From the human T2T-CHM13v2.0 reference genome, Homo sapiens, in the NCBI RefSeq assembly GCF_009914755.1, contig NC_060927.1: a stretch of 64,000 nucleotides of DNA; one strand, 5' to 3'. Numbering within the stretch: the stretch's first letter is position 1; every line of letters starts with the position of its first letter. The position numbers and the translations under genes were made by a program. Under the pieces are notes generated by a model. The model searched no databases. It was not told the origin of the DNA and saw only the letters and a list, made by a program, of their open reading frames with translations. Of the stretch, positions 44,203 to 58,718 are shown one piece after another.

Positions 44203-44490
44203 CTGGCTGAAGTGCAGTGGTGCAATCATAGCTCATCACAGCGCCAAACTCCTAGGTTCATATGGTCCTCTCATCTCAGCCTCCTGATAGCTATGACCAC
44301 AGGTGTGCACTACCATGCCCAGCTAGTTTATTTTATATTTTATTTTTATTTCATTTCATTTCATTTCATTTGTAAAGGCTGGGTCTTGCTATGTTGCCCA
44401 GGCAGGTCACGAACTCCTATCCTCAAGCAGTCCTCTAACCTAGGCCTTCCAAAGTACTGAGATTACAGGCATGAGCCGTTGCATCTGGCT
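44203..44490 (-). mobile_element. AluJ (Jo/Jr-like), tail missing, expanded middle A-rich linker
   Basis: gtgcagtggtgcaatcatagctca...ggtcttgctatgttgcccag...gattacaggcatgagcc. Confidence 0.88.
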
Positions 44491-46919
44491 CAAAAATATT
44501 TCTGTCTTAATGGCTTTAACAAAGAAGTGCTATTTTGGGGATATATACAATGGTGTGCTGTTTTGGAGTGACACAAAAATAATTATAAGAAGAATGGAAT
44601 GAATATGTCAGTATGTTTTCAAAAGCAAGTTAGCCCAAGTTTTTAAACAAGCATAATTTTAGAGTTTTTGTAACTAACTTAGGGTTTAAATGTAGCAAAA
44701 ATTTTAAACATTATCATGAATACACAGAAAATTTTAATCAATTTGGTTTCCACGATGAATTTACATGCTTAAATTCCTAATTTCAATCTGCTGCTAGATA
44801 TGAGAAAGTTTGAAATTTTGAAGAAGCCAGTGGCGCTTACAACTGTAGCAAACTTAAATTTTGAGGACAATTTAATTTAACTTCCATTTTTATGACCAGA
44901 TTTTGGGTCAGCTATTAAGCAGTCAAAAAATAAAATCTGATAATATCTGGCAATTCCAATTTTCAGTTTTATTGGTCTTCACCATGAAATAATATTTAAG
45001 TTAAGGGGCAAAATTTTGGAAAAGCAGATCACTTTGTTGTCCTATTTAGCAAGTTCTCAAATTATGCCATCCTGGAATCATTACAAGTAATTATATGAAG
45101 ACAATATCTTGTGTTTTGTATTTCATTGTTACACATCCAAGTTTTCTCTAGAGATATCAGAGAAAACCTACTCAAGAAGGGAAGGTTAGATAAACAGCCC
45201 TCTCTCTCTCTCTGTCTTTGCCTCCATTCGGTTCCTTACAATCGTTTCCCAGTGCATTTCAAAGTTACTTTTATTGTTCCCTTCATTTTCTCTTTCATTC
45301 CAGAAATTTAAGTGATTGTATAATTCTTTTGAGAGCTGAAGGTAGTATCTGACTTTGAATTAAAGGTTTACAGCTACAGCTTTTAATTAGAAAATCTCAG
45401 ATCATGTGATCTATGAGTTTTAATATCTTAGGATCACTACCAGTAAGGAATAATCACTTTGAAAAACCTTAATGCTACCTAGAGTTTATGTTTTGTGAGG
45501 TTGCTTGGTAAATTATTTTCATTTGATAATTGAATATTGCTTCGAGAGAGGTGAGCTCAGACATTTGGCAATGAATATTGAATGTGTATTCCAAGAGACA
45601 TGACCTTAAAATATCATCAAGCTAAGTAGTAGTGAAATTGAACTCTGCTGTATAATAGAAGTCAGTGTTTCTTACATCTTTATGATATATAAATATTTTT
45701 ACATTGTGGTAGACAATAATTTGTATGGAAAAATTTAAATGAATTCAATTTATCCTATGGCAGAATTATGTTACCTAGGTCATTTTAGTTTTTGATTTAA
45801 GCGTCTTAAAATTATAAATGCAAATATTCAACACATAAAACCCACATGAATACACACTCCCAAACATTTGAAATCCTAGCAGTCATTTCTAACAGCTTTT
45901 TCCTACAAAAGAAGTCAACTATTTTTAGAGATTACATGCATTCCCATAGCTTGAGAGGTTCACACTATAAGGTAAACAGAGAAAGTATTACAGCAGTTTA
46001 AGAATACCAGTGGATTTACTTTAAAGACAGTATACTTTTGATTTCCTTGTCTTCAAAATTTAGTTTCTTGAGAAAATTATCTGTGTAGATTAATCATGCA
46101 TTTCAGATACTTTCCAGACATCTGAATGTTGTTTTCTTAAAAGTAGTTAGCAAGCCTTTTTATGCAGTCTGCATGGGAGATAGTAAGAGACGTGTATGCT
46201 GTATATCTACTAGCAGAGATTTGTTTTTGAGTGCTTCCTTAAAAAATTATTTTTTCTGAAGAAAGGGATTTCTTTTTTATAATTTAGATTAGATGATTTT
46301 AAATGTTTTTATGTTTTAACCTGTATTTCTGATCATCAGGGTCACTGCCATGGAAAAATGCAAGTTATAGCATATTTCATTTTTATAAGGAAAGAAGTTG
46401 ATAATTTAGACTTTTTTGTTTTACTAAATTGAATTACATCACTCAATATTTGGATGACATTAATTCACAATAGTAACAAAAAATCTTACTATTCAACATA
46501 ATAAAGTATGATTTCTTTCACATTTGTTTAACTTAATTTGTTCTTTAAGGTACATCTCCTAATGAAGGTTTTCTCATCCTCTGAAGCTGAATTTATTTAG
46601 GAAAAATATTTTAAACACCATCCCAAGTGATATAACTATTTTTATTGAGCTTTGATGTTCTATTTGAACATATTTGAAGACTGTACAAGCACTCAATTTG
46701 GAATTAAGATTTCATTTGGAGATTTTGGTTGTATTTGAAATCTGTTGTGGAATTCAACATGAAGAATAGGTAAATTTACTAGATGTCATTGTCTATGACA
46801 CATTTTAGTCTTATCTCTCTGCCTATATGTAAAGAGGAATAGAAATAATTGGTATAAACAGGAAAAAAGAAGTAAAGTGGTAGGATCAGATGTGAGAAAT
46901 ATATAAACTAAGATATTCT

Positions 46920-47234
46920 TTTTTTGTTTGTTTGTTTGTTTTTTGTTTTTTTGAGACAGAGTCTTGCTCTGTTGCCCAGGCTGGAGTGCAGTGACACAAT
47001 CTTGGCTCACTGCAGCCTCCACCTCCCGGGCTCAATGGTTCTCCTGCCTCAGGCTCCCGAGTAGCTGGGATTACAGGTATGCATCACCACACCTGGCTAA
47101 TTTTTGGATTTTTAGCAGAGATTAGGTTTTACCATGTTGGCTAGGCTAGTCTCAAACTCCTGACTTCAGGTGATCCGCCCACTTCAGTCTCCCAAAGTGC
47201 TGGGATTTCAAGTGCGAGCCACCAGGGCCAGGCT
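46920..47234 (-). mobile_element. AluS with 15-bp TSD and (TTTG)n tail
   Basis: TSD AA(A/G)CTAAGATATTCT at 46905-46919 and 47235-47249. Confidence 0.93.
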
Positions 47235-49539
47235 AAGCTAAGATATTCTAGAAGCTAATAATAGTAAAATATAATGTAAATTGTTTAAAATTAATCTGTA
47301 TACGAAATTTTTTCTAGGACTTTCCTGCCAGAAAAGTAGGAATAGAATGGCAGAAGGAAAGAGGTTCCTTCTACAAGCAGGCACACATCCTATCTCACTT
47401 TATCCTGTGATCAGTCTCATAACCATCTCCTGGTGTGAAGTGCTAAAACTGTGCTTTAAGAATAACTTAAGTCCTTTATGTACAACTAAAGTACGAGAGC
47501 CTGAACCTTGGAAACCAAGAGATTCCAAATAGCCTTATGTGTGAGACTGGATGGCACAGATCTTGGCAGAAATTACTGCTTATTCTTAATTCTTATTGTT
47601 CCTTTCTAACACTTCAACTTATAATGCCAACATCTACCTCAGCCTAAAGACAAGCTCTGGAATCACTTGTGTTACTTATTACATTTCTTTTAAAAAACTC
47701 ATGAATTACACATGAATTTCAAAGTTGCCAACTGAGATTCCAAGGACTTAAAAAAAAACCTGGCACCTTTCCATTATAAAGGCTGTACACAGTGTTCATA
47801 GTGTTTGTCTTTAAGGGCCATGCCTCATCCATCAGCAACTTTTCTTCCTTAAATCATCATATCTTGTCTGAAAGTGTTTTCTCAAAAGTTAGGAAGGACT
47901 AAGATTTACAGGTTGTTATATCACACCTTAATCTACTTATCAACTTTAGCATTATCAAAGCATGAACTGTTTTGGATTTTCATAGTTAATTATGTTTGTC
48001 ATAATAATTGGGATGCAATTGTTTTTCTTATGATTATTTTGTACTTCTTTTTCTTATGGTAACTTCTGATGTTTGTTTGTAAGATCTTCCTCTCTTTTCT
48101 CCACCTAGTTATCTTCCTACTTTCTGTCCTTTAACTCAGATATCACCTACACTGTGTGTCTTTCTGGATTGCTTCTTATTTAACTGTTGCTTTTCATAGT
48201 TTACGTACCTCCTCCTATACCACACTATTAATATTTCTCAAACTGCACTATAATGCTGGTTTGTGTCTTTATTTATTTATAAGCTCCTTGATAATTCAGA
48301 CTATATATTTCTATATTCAAAAATTACTTATGAAGTGTTTACTTTGGGTCAAGAATTATTGAGTGAAGGAAATTGACCAAAACTCTGCCATCATGAAGCT
48401 TGCATTCTAACATAGGGAGACAGATAACAGACAATGAGCCACATAAATATGCAAAGTATCGTAAGTTAGATGGTGAAAAGTAATCCTGGATGGGGATCAG
48501 ATTATTTTGATAGGGTAATTTTTAATTGGATAGTCAAGAAAGGCCACACAGAGAAGATGGCAATTGGAAGAACAAGGTAGTGAGAACTGCTGAGTCTGGA
48601 GCAAAGCACACAGTTTGGAGTAGTAGAAGATTCCAGAAGTAACAGAATAGAGGCGAAGAAGTAGGAATTGTGTAGAGTCTTACTTGCTGTTGTAATGACC
48701 TTGGCTATGGTTTGAAGTGAGGTGGAAAGTTGGTAGGGACCTTAGTTTTCTTTTTAATAATTCATTATGAATTTTAAACGGTCACTATTGAAGACTCAAT
48801 AATTTTGCTTTATTCTCTTGCAATTGACTACAAAACAAACTAGTGTATTAAAGAAATGTTAAATTCTAATTTAAACTGATTGAAATAGGTTTTTATCTTT
48901 TTATATTTTTCATTACCAAATATCTCATTTTTAATTAATTTGAAAGCATTCTAGAATAGTGAGCCAATGCAATTTAGCATAATGCATAACTTATTATTCA
49001 TCAGATTTAGGTATTTAACTGAAGATGCTAATTAGAAAAGTAACTTGTTCTGTTGGATGATTTTGATACTTTCAAATGATTATCACATCCATTGATGTCA
49101 TATATTAAGTTGTGTTTCTGGAACCCAAATTTAGGCAGTGGTAATGAGTTAATATCTCTAAGTGGATACCTTTTATCTCTACAGTCAAGATACTTGAAAG
49201 TGGAAAAACATACTGGCTTCAAGTCTTGGGAACTAGGACTTACCGGAAATGTTTTGGTTTGTTTTGTTTCCTGGCGGAATTGTCTTCTTGGAAAGACGGT
49301 GTTTCCTTCTACCAGGAAAAAAATTGATCGTATGCTGCTTTACTTTAATGCTTTGCTTTTGTCAAAATAGTGTTTTCTTAGGAAAATTAACCTATCATAA
49401 TATCATGAAAAGAGAAATGCTGAAGACACAAAATGATGTACATGTTAATATTGAGTAGGAAGCATCAAGGGACGTGAGAAGAGAGGGAAGCAAAGAGAGG
49501 GAGAATAGAAATATATACTATAACAAAATAGTAAAAAGG

Positions 49540-50560
49540 ATTAGCATATACATGTAGTCAATAAGTAAATAAATGGCTATTTATAGAAAGCCTACCAGGC
49601 ACTAGGGGATATAGCAGTGAAGAAGGCAAAGACACAATTGGCTATACTGTAGTGAGGAGGGAAAGAGGAAGAAGACATACAAATACCTAAACAAAGCAAT
49701 GGTGTGAAGGGCTATAAGGTACACTACTGTGAAGAAGATTACATGTGGTAACATGGTTGAGTAAAACTGGCAAGTAGGAAGGCACTGATCTGGCTATAGG
49801 TATTTCAGATAATTTTTCTCTCTGAGGAGGTAATATTTCATTTGAGAGTTGAGTGAAGACAAATAGGGAGGTACTTTGAAGATCTGGGGTGCTCTGAGCA
49901 GAAGGAAGGGCAGATATAAAAATTCTGTAATTTAAAAAGAGAGCTTGATAGTTTCTTACAAAGAAAGCCAGTTTGGCTGGAATGTCCATGAAGGAAGAGC
50001 ATGGAGAGGTATTACATGAGTGCTCTCAGGGACCAAATTTAGATCTTATATCAAAGTGTGAATATAAATTACATTGAAAAGTGTATGATGGATATGTGAT
50101 ATGATGAGGTTAGTTACCTCTTAGGAGGGTGTACTCTTGTGGAAGGGTACAGTAGTGAAGGAAGGGGGATCATTTTGCTGACTATTGCACCTGTCCAGTT
50201 GAAGGATGATGGTGGTTGGGATTATGATTGTAGCAATAAATTTGGAGAAAATCAGTTGAGATTGGAAGTTGATTTGAAGGTGATTGAATTTACTGAGCAA
50301 GAATTATACCAAGGTATTTGGATTTAGGGACATGGGGGATTATGGTCACTTTTAGTGAAATGGCAACGTCTTGATGACATGAGGAAGTTTGCAAGTGACA
50401 GAGGTGTGGGCAGATGCATATGTATGATTGATTTTACATTTTTTAATCTTAAGACGATAGTTAGAATCCAAGTGGAGATATCAAGTAGGCACTGACAAGT
50501 TGACTTGGCTAGAGATGTGAGTTAGATAATCATAGCCTATACATCATGCCTAAAGTCATG
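49540..50560 (-). mobile_element. Degraded L2
   Basis: ctaccaggcactaggggatatagcagtgaa...gaaagccagtttggctggaatg...caagtggagatatcaagtaggca. Confidence 0.6.
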
Positions 50561-50569
50561 AATCTAGGT

Positions 50570-50788
50570 GAGGGGTTGGCAAACTATTACAGCCCATGAG
50601 CCAGATCTGGCCTGCTGCCTGTTTTTGTATGGCTCATGAGTTATAAGTACGTGTTACATTTATAAGTCTAAAATGTAAAATATAGGAAAATTTTTCAGCA
50701 AGGAAAGTTCCATAAATTTACCTCTTGGCAACACAAAGCCTGCAATATTTACTGTCTGGCTCTTTGTCAAAAATGTTGCTGACTCCTG
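50570..50788. mobile_element. MER58-family hAT-Charlie DNA transposon with 8-bp TSD
   Basis: TIRs gaggggttggcaaac / tgttgctgactcctg. TSD ATCTAGGT (50562-50569) and ATCTAGAT (50789-50796). Confidence 0.8.
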
Positions 50789-53700
50789 ATCTAGATGAAA
50801 CCCTGTGGGGAGAGAGTGTTGATAGAAAAGAGAGAAGCATCATAGTGGAAATTAAAATTATGTCAACTCAAGTGTGTAGGGTAGAGAATTTAAGCCTGAG
50901 TATAACAGTAAGAGATTAAAATAACAATAAATGCATTATCAGCATGATCAATAAAACCTTTGGGGGCAAAAAGGAGCTATCTTCATCAGACCATTCACTC
51001 CCTCATACAAAGATCTTAGGAAATATAACTTGTTTGAAGATCTGAGATAAGGCTAATGTAGTTTGGACAAAGAAAGCCCATGGGAGGATGACATTATGTC
51101 TGGCCAAAGATTTAGGGAAGAGCCAAATACTTCAGGCTTTTTAAAGTGATCTTTAGATAAAGAGGAAGTCCTCAAGGCATTCTGAAGTTGGAAGATCAAA
51201 TCACATCTGATGGGAAAAAATCTGGCTGTATGTGCATCTAGGATGTAAGGAAGCCAACACGGATGTGAAGTTACAATTGCCCATTGCAAATAATAAAATG
51301 AAGGCCCCAGGTAGCCTTGGCAAGGGCAGATTTGGTACAAAATCCTTATTGGAATGGGCTTAAGCATTAATGGGAATAAGGATCTAGCTGTTGTGTTTAG
51401 TGGACTTTTATCAGTCTTTTTGTTGTGTATGATATAGATGGTCAAAATAAGGAACTTCTACATTTTTGGTTTTTGTTTTATTTTAATTGAGATTTGAATT
51501 AAAAATAAGAAACTTTTATTTTCAAAATTGGAGACTGTGTTTAAAAAGTGTAGAGTAGGGCTGGAAAAAAACATCAAACTCTCCTGATGAGGAGAATGCT
51601 AATCATGACTCTAATAATAATGAAATACTTTTCTGATAACTTAATTTTTTTATTGCTTCATTATTTATGTGTGTATGGGAAGTCATACCCTAGCCACATG
51701 CCAATTCACCTGGTGAACTTGTTCTTCAACGTGGCCCAAATATTTCCTTCTATCTTTAGCCTTCCGTGGTTTCTCACATGGACTATTGGCTCTTCCTACT
51801 TGAGCCTTCTGGTAGTACCCTGTAAGAGACATGCTACTCCATGACAACAGGCACCACGCTGCAGGGGAATTGCCATACCTGTCAATCACTATCGCTAGAA
51901 TGTGGCCTTTCATGAGCCCTGAGATTTCTTACTGTTTCTCTGAGCTGTAACAATATTTATATTGAAAAAATAAACATGTTCTTCTATCTTTAATATTTTA
52001 TATCTTATAATTTGAATATCCCATTTTCATTATACTACTTAGCTGCTAAGTTATGTTATAAAAACAAGTTTTAATTATCTGCAAACACCTTCAAATCTAA
52101 TCCTTACCAGTGAAGACTAATGTCTGGTTAACATCTGTTAGGACATTTATTTCCATACAGTATTTATAGTGCATTTTTGTTATTGAAATGATTACTGTTT
52201 AGTTTGAAATAATGCACCCTGAGGATTGGAATGATAAATGTGTAACTCTTACACAAAGATCATATTTTTAGATTTTTGTATTTAAAATACTGGTTATCAA
52301 AATAAAAAGCCAGATGTTATTTGTTTATGTTTCTGTTGAGGTACTGAATCTATTTCAAGTCATATTTCTCAGTATTGATATACTTAATTTTGCTGAAATA
52401 ACAACACACTATCTTTAGCTACTTTTTTTCTCAATATGTCTCCTTGTCACTCACCATTTCTGCCTCATCTCACTTCTCATCTTTATTTCTTTTTCTTTGG
52501 TCTACTTTTACTTTAGGGATTCTTTCAATTTAGAAGTTTTCTTGTTTTCTAATAATTACTATTCTTCTTGGATATACACAGATATCCTTTTCCATTTCAT
52601 TTGTGAATTTATCTCAGAGGAATTTTGTGTGTGCCTTTTACTCATAGCTTCTCAGAAGTCCCTTTTGAGGTTACTGATTTCACATGTCATGTACTGTAAG
52701 GTTTGCATGGCATGGTGGCAGCTGACTTTTGCCTTTACATGGATTGAAATGTTCACTCAACATGGACTGGTAGGATTTTTTTTTCCTTAAACATTACATT
52801 GCCTTGTAAACAAAAGCAAACCAAAAACTCAAAACTAACATTAGTATTGGTGCCCCTGGAAATAGCTGCCTTCTCACTAAAGTAGATTTTGTCATCCAAC
52901 TTTGTGTGTTGTTGAACACACATGGTGCTGTATGAGCACTCACTCACTAGTCTAGAAAACATTGCTGTGACAAGTTACCAGAAAAATAAATTCAGATTGC
53001 TCTTTACATTCCACAGATGACCCTTCTGAAAGCTATTTGAATTCATTATAAATTGTAGTTATATTAGTATGACTTTAATTCGTTATCTGAACTTTATGTG
53101 CAATGCATTTTTTCTCGTGTTTAATCATTTTTGTATGCTAAATCATTTGCAAACAAATGGCTTGTCCTTGAGAAAGAATTTAAGACTGAAAGTACATTAA
53201 GTGCCATCTGGGAATCTGTGTCAATGGTTTTATCACTACATATGCATGTGTGTGTGTGTGTGTGTGAGTGTGCATATCACCTACTTTCGTCCATTTATTT
53301 GATAAAATTCATATGCAATCTCTAAATCATTGTGTCTCCAACTTGTGTTATCCCACAAATTCAAATTTTTATCCTAAAATTGGTGGTACCCTTTGTAAAA
53401 CTAGAAGCTCTCATTTGTGCAAAGGAAGGAAAAATAAAACAAGAAACAAATTCAATAAAATATTAAAGGTCAGATTTCTTTTATAGCTGCTGAGTTCCTT
53501 TCTTTCCTTTCCATCCTCCTCACATTCCCAAATCTCAACAAAGTTAAGAAATTAAAACACACATCATGAGATCATATGTTCACCTTTGTTAAAGAACTGA
53601 AGGATTACATATACAAGATTATAGCTTAATAAGTAGAGGGAGAAATATGAAGATATAAATAGAATATGAAAATTTATTATAATGCAGTTCTATTCTAAAG

Positions 53701-53813
53701 TGTTTTCTAGGCAGGCGAAGAGTATGTTGCCAGGAAATGTTAAGAGACCCACTCCATTATATAGAAGAGGATGTGTGTAGATCTCTTAATATTGAAATGT
53801 TTAGAACTGAGTA

Positions 53814-54343
53814 CAGCAGGTCTTTGAATAACGACATTTCATTCAATGTCATTTCATTATAATGTTGATGAGAAAAAACAAATTGATTCCAGTTGGGGTT
53901 CACTGTCTGTGTAGAGCTTATGTATTCTCCCCATGTCTGCATGGATATTCTCTGGATGCTCCAGTTTCCTCTCACTTCCCAAGGCTGTGCATGTGAGGTT
54001 GATTGACATGTCTATGTGGTTCCAGTCTGAGTAACTGTGGGTATGTGTGAGTGCACCTGCAATGCTATGGCGTCCTGTCCAGGGCTGGTTCCCACATTGC
54101 GTCCTGAGCTGACAGGATAGGCTGTGGTCAACTGCAACCCTAAACTGAAATCAGTAGGTAAATAATGATTTTACTAGTTTTTATTAATCTTAAATATATA
54201 AATAGCTCAAATTCATTTCAGCATTTAATGTTAGAATTGTTTTGATCTTTATTTACAAGTTCGTTGATGTTTTTGTTGCCAAAAGCCATAGAAAGTTAAC
54301 TCTTTTTTATGTCAACCTATGGTAAAATGGGTTTCACTTACTG
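53814..54343 (+). mobile_element. MER6/MER6A-like TcMar-Tigger DNA transposon
   Basis: TA|cagcaggtctttgaataacg...cactgtctgtgtagag...ctccccatgtctgc...cttactg|TA, i.e. TA target duplication. Confidence 0.75.
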
Positions 54344-54518
54344 TATTTTGGCACTAATTAACCATCCCCAATTTATCCCCCCTGTATGCGTGTATCAAAA
54401 CATCACATGTGACCATAAATTTATATACCTATTACCAGTTTTCAAGAACCTATCAATGATGTTCAGTGAAGACTTATTGTAGTCCTTTTTTGGCATAACA
54501 AAAATGTGTGTGTTTTGT

Positions 54519-54742
54519 TTGAGATTGGAAAACGTCTTTCTGTAAAGAACTGGACAGTAAATATTATAGGCTTTGCTGGCCATATGCAGTCTCTGTCTCT
54601 CCTTCATCTACTCGTTCTTCTTCTCCCCTTCCTTCTCCTTCTTTAAACACTTCAAAAATGCCAAAACAATTTTTAGCTCTCAGCCATATGAAACAAGCCA
54701 TTGATTAAATTTGGCTTGTAGGCCCATAATATGTGAACTCCT
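54519..54742. mobile_element. MER58-family DNA transposon
   Basis: ctttctgtaaagaactggacagtaaatattataggctttgctggccata...atttggcttgtaggccca. Confidence 0.65.
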
Positions 54743-55699
54743 TTACATCATCGGAATGCCATATATATATGAAGTGTTATTTATGAGAAATTAATGGTAC
54801 TGCCAGCAGACAGAAATTAGCCTAAGTTAAGTTTGGGCTTTGGAATTCAGGGGAATGCCATGCATGAAAATGCTCTGCTTTTAAAACAAGTTACTAACAA
54901 TCCATTTCTGATATCAGAAATATATGAAAACTACTAATTGAAGGGGCATTATTCACTACCTTAGTGCTGCTGCTCATGTGTGGTGGAAAAAAAAATCCAG
55001 AAAGTTTTCCTTTCCATTTGAACATTCATGCAATAAAAATGTCCAAATCTTTTTTTGAACAAATTTTTATCTGATAGCTCCCTTGTGTACTTTGTAAGTA
55101 CATTTTGCTTATTCTCAGCAACTGTATTGAAACAATCTCTGTTTTCCTTTATCAATCAAAATAAAATAAGAAATTTAGCTTAATACTAATATTAAGCTGA
55201 AGTGCAAGATATATGGAAAAGAGAAAAAAGAAGCAGGATAAATTGACCTTTTGATAACTGCCAAGGACAGCAAATCCAACAAAGACTGGACTTCAATGTC
55301 TTACATTTTCAGAATGTAGCACAGTAAGTCCACTGGGTCCAGCAATAGGTTTTAATCCTACATTGAAATGACTCACAATGCTGTCATGACATTGAGTTTT
55401 GTGGAAACAGTGAAGTTAATGTTCTTCTCAATATTTTTTTTAAACCAAACTATGATTGATTTAACTATAAAATGGACTGATTCTAAAGAGCTCATTCTGA
55501 CTTGGGAGGTGAAAATGCTTTTACTCTAATCATTAAAATCAATTTCTCTAGATTTCTGATTTTATTCTGCTTTATAACATAAAGAATGAAACTATATTTA
55601 TTAATGAAATGTAATCTAGCAAAGTGGCATAAGCATAATTATCAGTCACTTACTAAAATTGTGTGTTTTTTCCACTGCATGAAAACCCTGCCTTGTTTT

Positions 55700-56830
55700 A
55701 ATTTTTATTAATTGACTTTTTAAAAGCAATTTTAGGTTTGCAGAAAGAAGTGAATAAGCATTCACATGTCATCCTCAGCCTCTACCCCAATTTCCCCGAT
55801 TTTTAACATCTTGCGATAGTGTGGTACATTTGTTATAGTTGATGAGTCAATATTGGTACATTATTATTGACTAAAGTCTGTAGTTTATATTAGAGTTTAC
55901 TCCTTGTCTTATGCATTCTATAGGTTTTGTCAAATGTGTAATGACAAATAATCCTCACTACAGTGTCATACAGAATAGTGGATTCACTTTCCTAAAATTC
56001 TTCCTTGCTCCATCTATTCATCACTTCCTCTCTCTCCTCCAAATCCCTAATAGCCACTGATCTTTTTACTGTCTCCATGGTTTTGCTTTTTCCAGAAGGT
56101 CATGTAGTTAGAATCACATGGTATGTAGACTTTTCAGACTGGCTTCTTTCACTTGGCAATATGCATTTAAAGGTTCCTGTGTGTCTTCTGTGGCTTGACA
56201 GAATAATATTCCGTTGCCTGGATATAACACAGTTTATTTTTCCATTCACTTCCTGAAGGACATTTTGATTTTAGTGATCATGAATAAGGCTCCTATAACA
56301 TTCGTGGGAAGAAGGTTTTTGTGTGCATGTAAGTTTTCAAATCCTTTAAGTAAATACCAGGGAATGTAATTGCTGGGTTGTGTGGTAAGAGTATGTTTAG
56401 TTTTGTAAGAAACTGCCAAACTGACTCCCAAAGTAGCTGTACTATTCTGCATTCTCAATAAAAGTTCCTGTTTCTCCTCATACTTGCCAACATTTGGTAT
56501 TATCAGACTTTTGGATACTGGCCATTTTAATAGTCATGTAATAATATCTCACTGTTGCTATGACTTGCAGTTCCCTAATGATACATGACTAGTAACTTCA
56601 ATATCCATATTTGACAGCTGTATTTAGACCTTTGGCCTATTTTTTAAATGAGTTGTTTTCTTTCTTATTTTCGAGTTCTTTGTATACTTTAAATACCACT
56701 AATTTATCTGACATGTGTTTTGAAAAGATTTTCTCCCAACCTGTGGCTTTTCTTTTCATTCTAAGCACAGTTTGAATAACAAAAGTCTTTAATTTTAATA
56801 ATGCTCAATTTCTCAATTTTTTCTTTGTCT
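55700..56830 (-). mobile_element. Old L1 (L1MC-like) 3' portion
   Basis: gcaattttaggtttgcagaaa...agtgtggtacatttgtta...ccactgatctttttactgtctcc...gtaagaaactgccaaactg. Confidence 0.75.
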
Positions 56831-58718
56831 AACCCAATAAATCAGAAAGCTTTTTATCATTTCACATGACTTAATATTCAGGCAGGGTGTATATAGGCCC
56901 CTTTCAAACAGTCATAAAGTTTAGAAGCTCTCACCTCACAAACAATAGCAACAACAATATAGAAACAAAAATGACAGCTTTTGATGTTGTCTCAGTAATT
57001 TCTCAATTCAAGAACAGATTACTGAGCTTTACAAGCAATACATATAGACATCAATTTCACAATAAATACCTTATGATATTTATCAAATCACCTTAGTTTT
57101 GGTCTACTTACTGCTATTAGACTAAAATGTAATTTGTCAGACATGAGAAATCTTTTTGTAGTATTTTTTATAGAACCAAGTGTTTATTTTAGCTTTTTCA
57201 GTTCTTCCCTTGCTGTTTCTCCAGTATGGTCATTCCAATTGTCTCTATAGATGTATTAATACCAGGTACATAATAAATACAATTATCTCCCATGTGTACC
57301 CCAACCCCCTTCCCTGTTCATGCAGTCAGCATAAAGGAAGCAGGTCAAAAGGATATCATGTACCCTGTGATATGCTAGGTTGTAAGGAAAGGTACACAAT
57401 TAATTTACCATGTCTGAGTTTTCTTCTTCTCTGTATTTGTTCCATTTAATGCATGTATATTTTTTTATTCCTCAGGCGTCTCCAGTCCTACCACTCTCAA
57501 GGACACTTGATACAGCTATAAGGCTGTGTCTTTATCAGGTCCCTTTGGGTTACCTCCAGCCAAGGGTGGGAAATAGAGGAAGTGAATGTCTGTATCTTCA
57601 TTATGTGTCACACAGAACAGAAACATAAAGAAGCCTGTGCGGTGAATGGGTCTCCTCTTTCTCCAAAAACCACCTACCCCTTCAACTCCTACTGCTTCAA
57701 GGAAAGTCTTGTATTAGTTTCCCCATTTTCCCCTCAAACTTGCTTTAGCAAAGTAGTTCCTAAACCTCTGTTAACGTTATGTCCCCACCCCTAACTCAAA
57801 ACACAGTCTTACATCACATCACAGAAAAGAAGTTCAAAACAAAACGAAACAAAGCCACAGTCTTATAAGAAAAATAGGTAAGTTTTACAAAAGTTGTGTA
57901 CTGTACCTCTGCTTTGAATTTCATCATTTGCCAAGGATAGTAAAACTCTTGGAAAACTATGAAACAGGAACTTACTTAATATGTTTTACCCAAGATTTTT
58001 CGAACATTTTTGGAAGGATACTTATTAACATCTTGCAGAGGTAATGTTACATGAAAAACTTAGCATAAGACCAATCAGGTATTCTATGCAATAATGTAGA
58101 TATATGAAAAAATAATATAATGAAATACATGACTTTTCAAAAGGTATTGATCCCAGATCCACATTCTTTTTTTGGTTCAGGTGAGGCAATTAGAATGTCA
58201 AAAAATTAAAGAAGCATAGAACAAGCGTCTAATGAGAGGGACGAATGCGCCTGGGTGGAAAGTTATTAGAAGATAAATTAGTAGATTGACCTTTTTGCCA
58301 TCTATGTAGTTTGTTTGTTTGTTTGTTTTGCTAGTACCAATAGAAACAAATTCATTTTATGGTTTGTGTCACTGGAAATGTATAACTTAGTGGTAGCTAT
58401 ATAGCAAACTTTCAATATGTATAATGAGAGATTAGATGTAGGTTTAATATCATTATTTAATTTATTTGCTTGGATACCAGTGAGGAATTTCCACTTAAGC
58501 TCATGTTTTCAAGATGAGTGTTTAGTTGAATTCCAGAATTCATTTTGAAATAGAACTTTGCATAGAATATAAATTTCTTTGCAAGAAAAATCATTTGTAC
58601 ACTTGGGTTTGAGAGCAGTTTAATGTCGATATAACTTCTTTCCAGGCTTTCCTTTCCTACTTTTTGATGTGGGAATAATCTCGTGACGTGATTGTGAAAG
58701 TCTTAAAAGATAATGTTT

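Noticed and set aside
54904-54921. Perfect 18-bp palindrome ATTTCTGATATCAGAAAT
   Set aside because: One palindrome of this size is roughly expected by chance in 64 kb of AT-rich DNA, and there is no supporting context.
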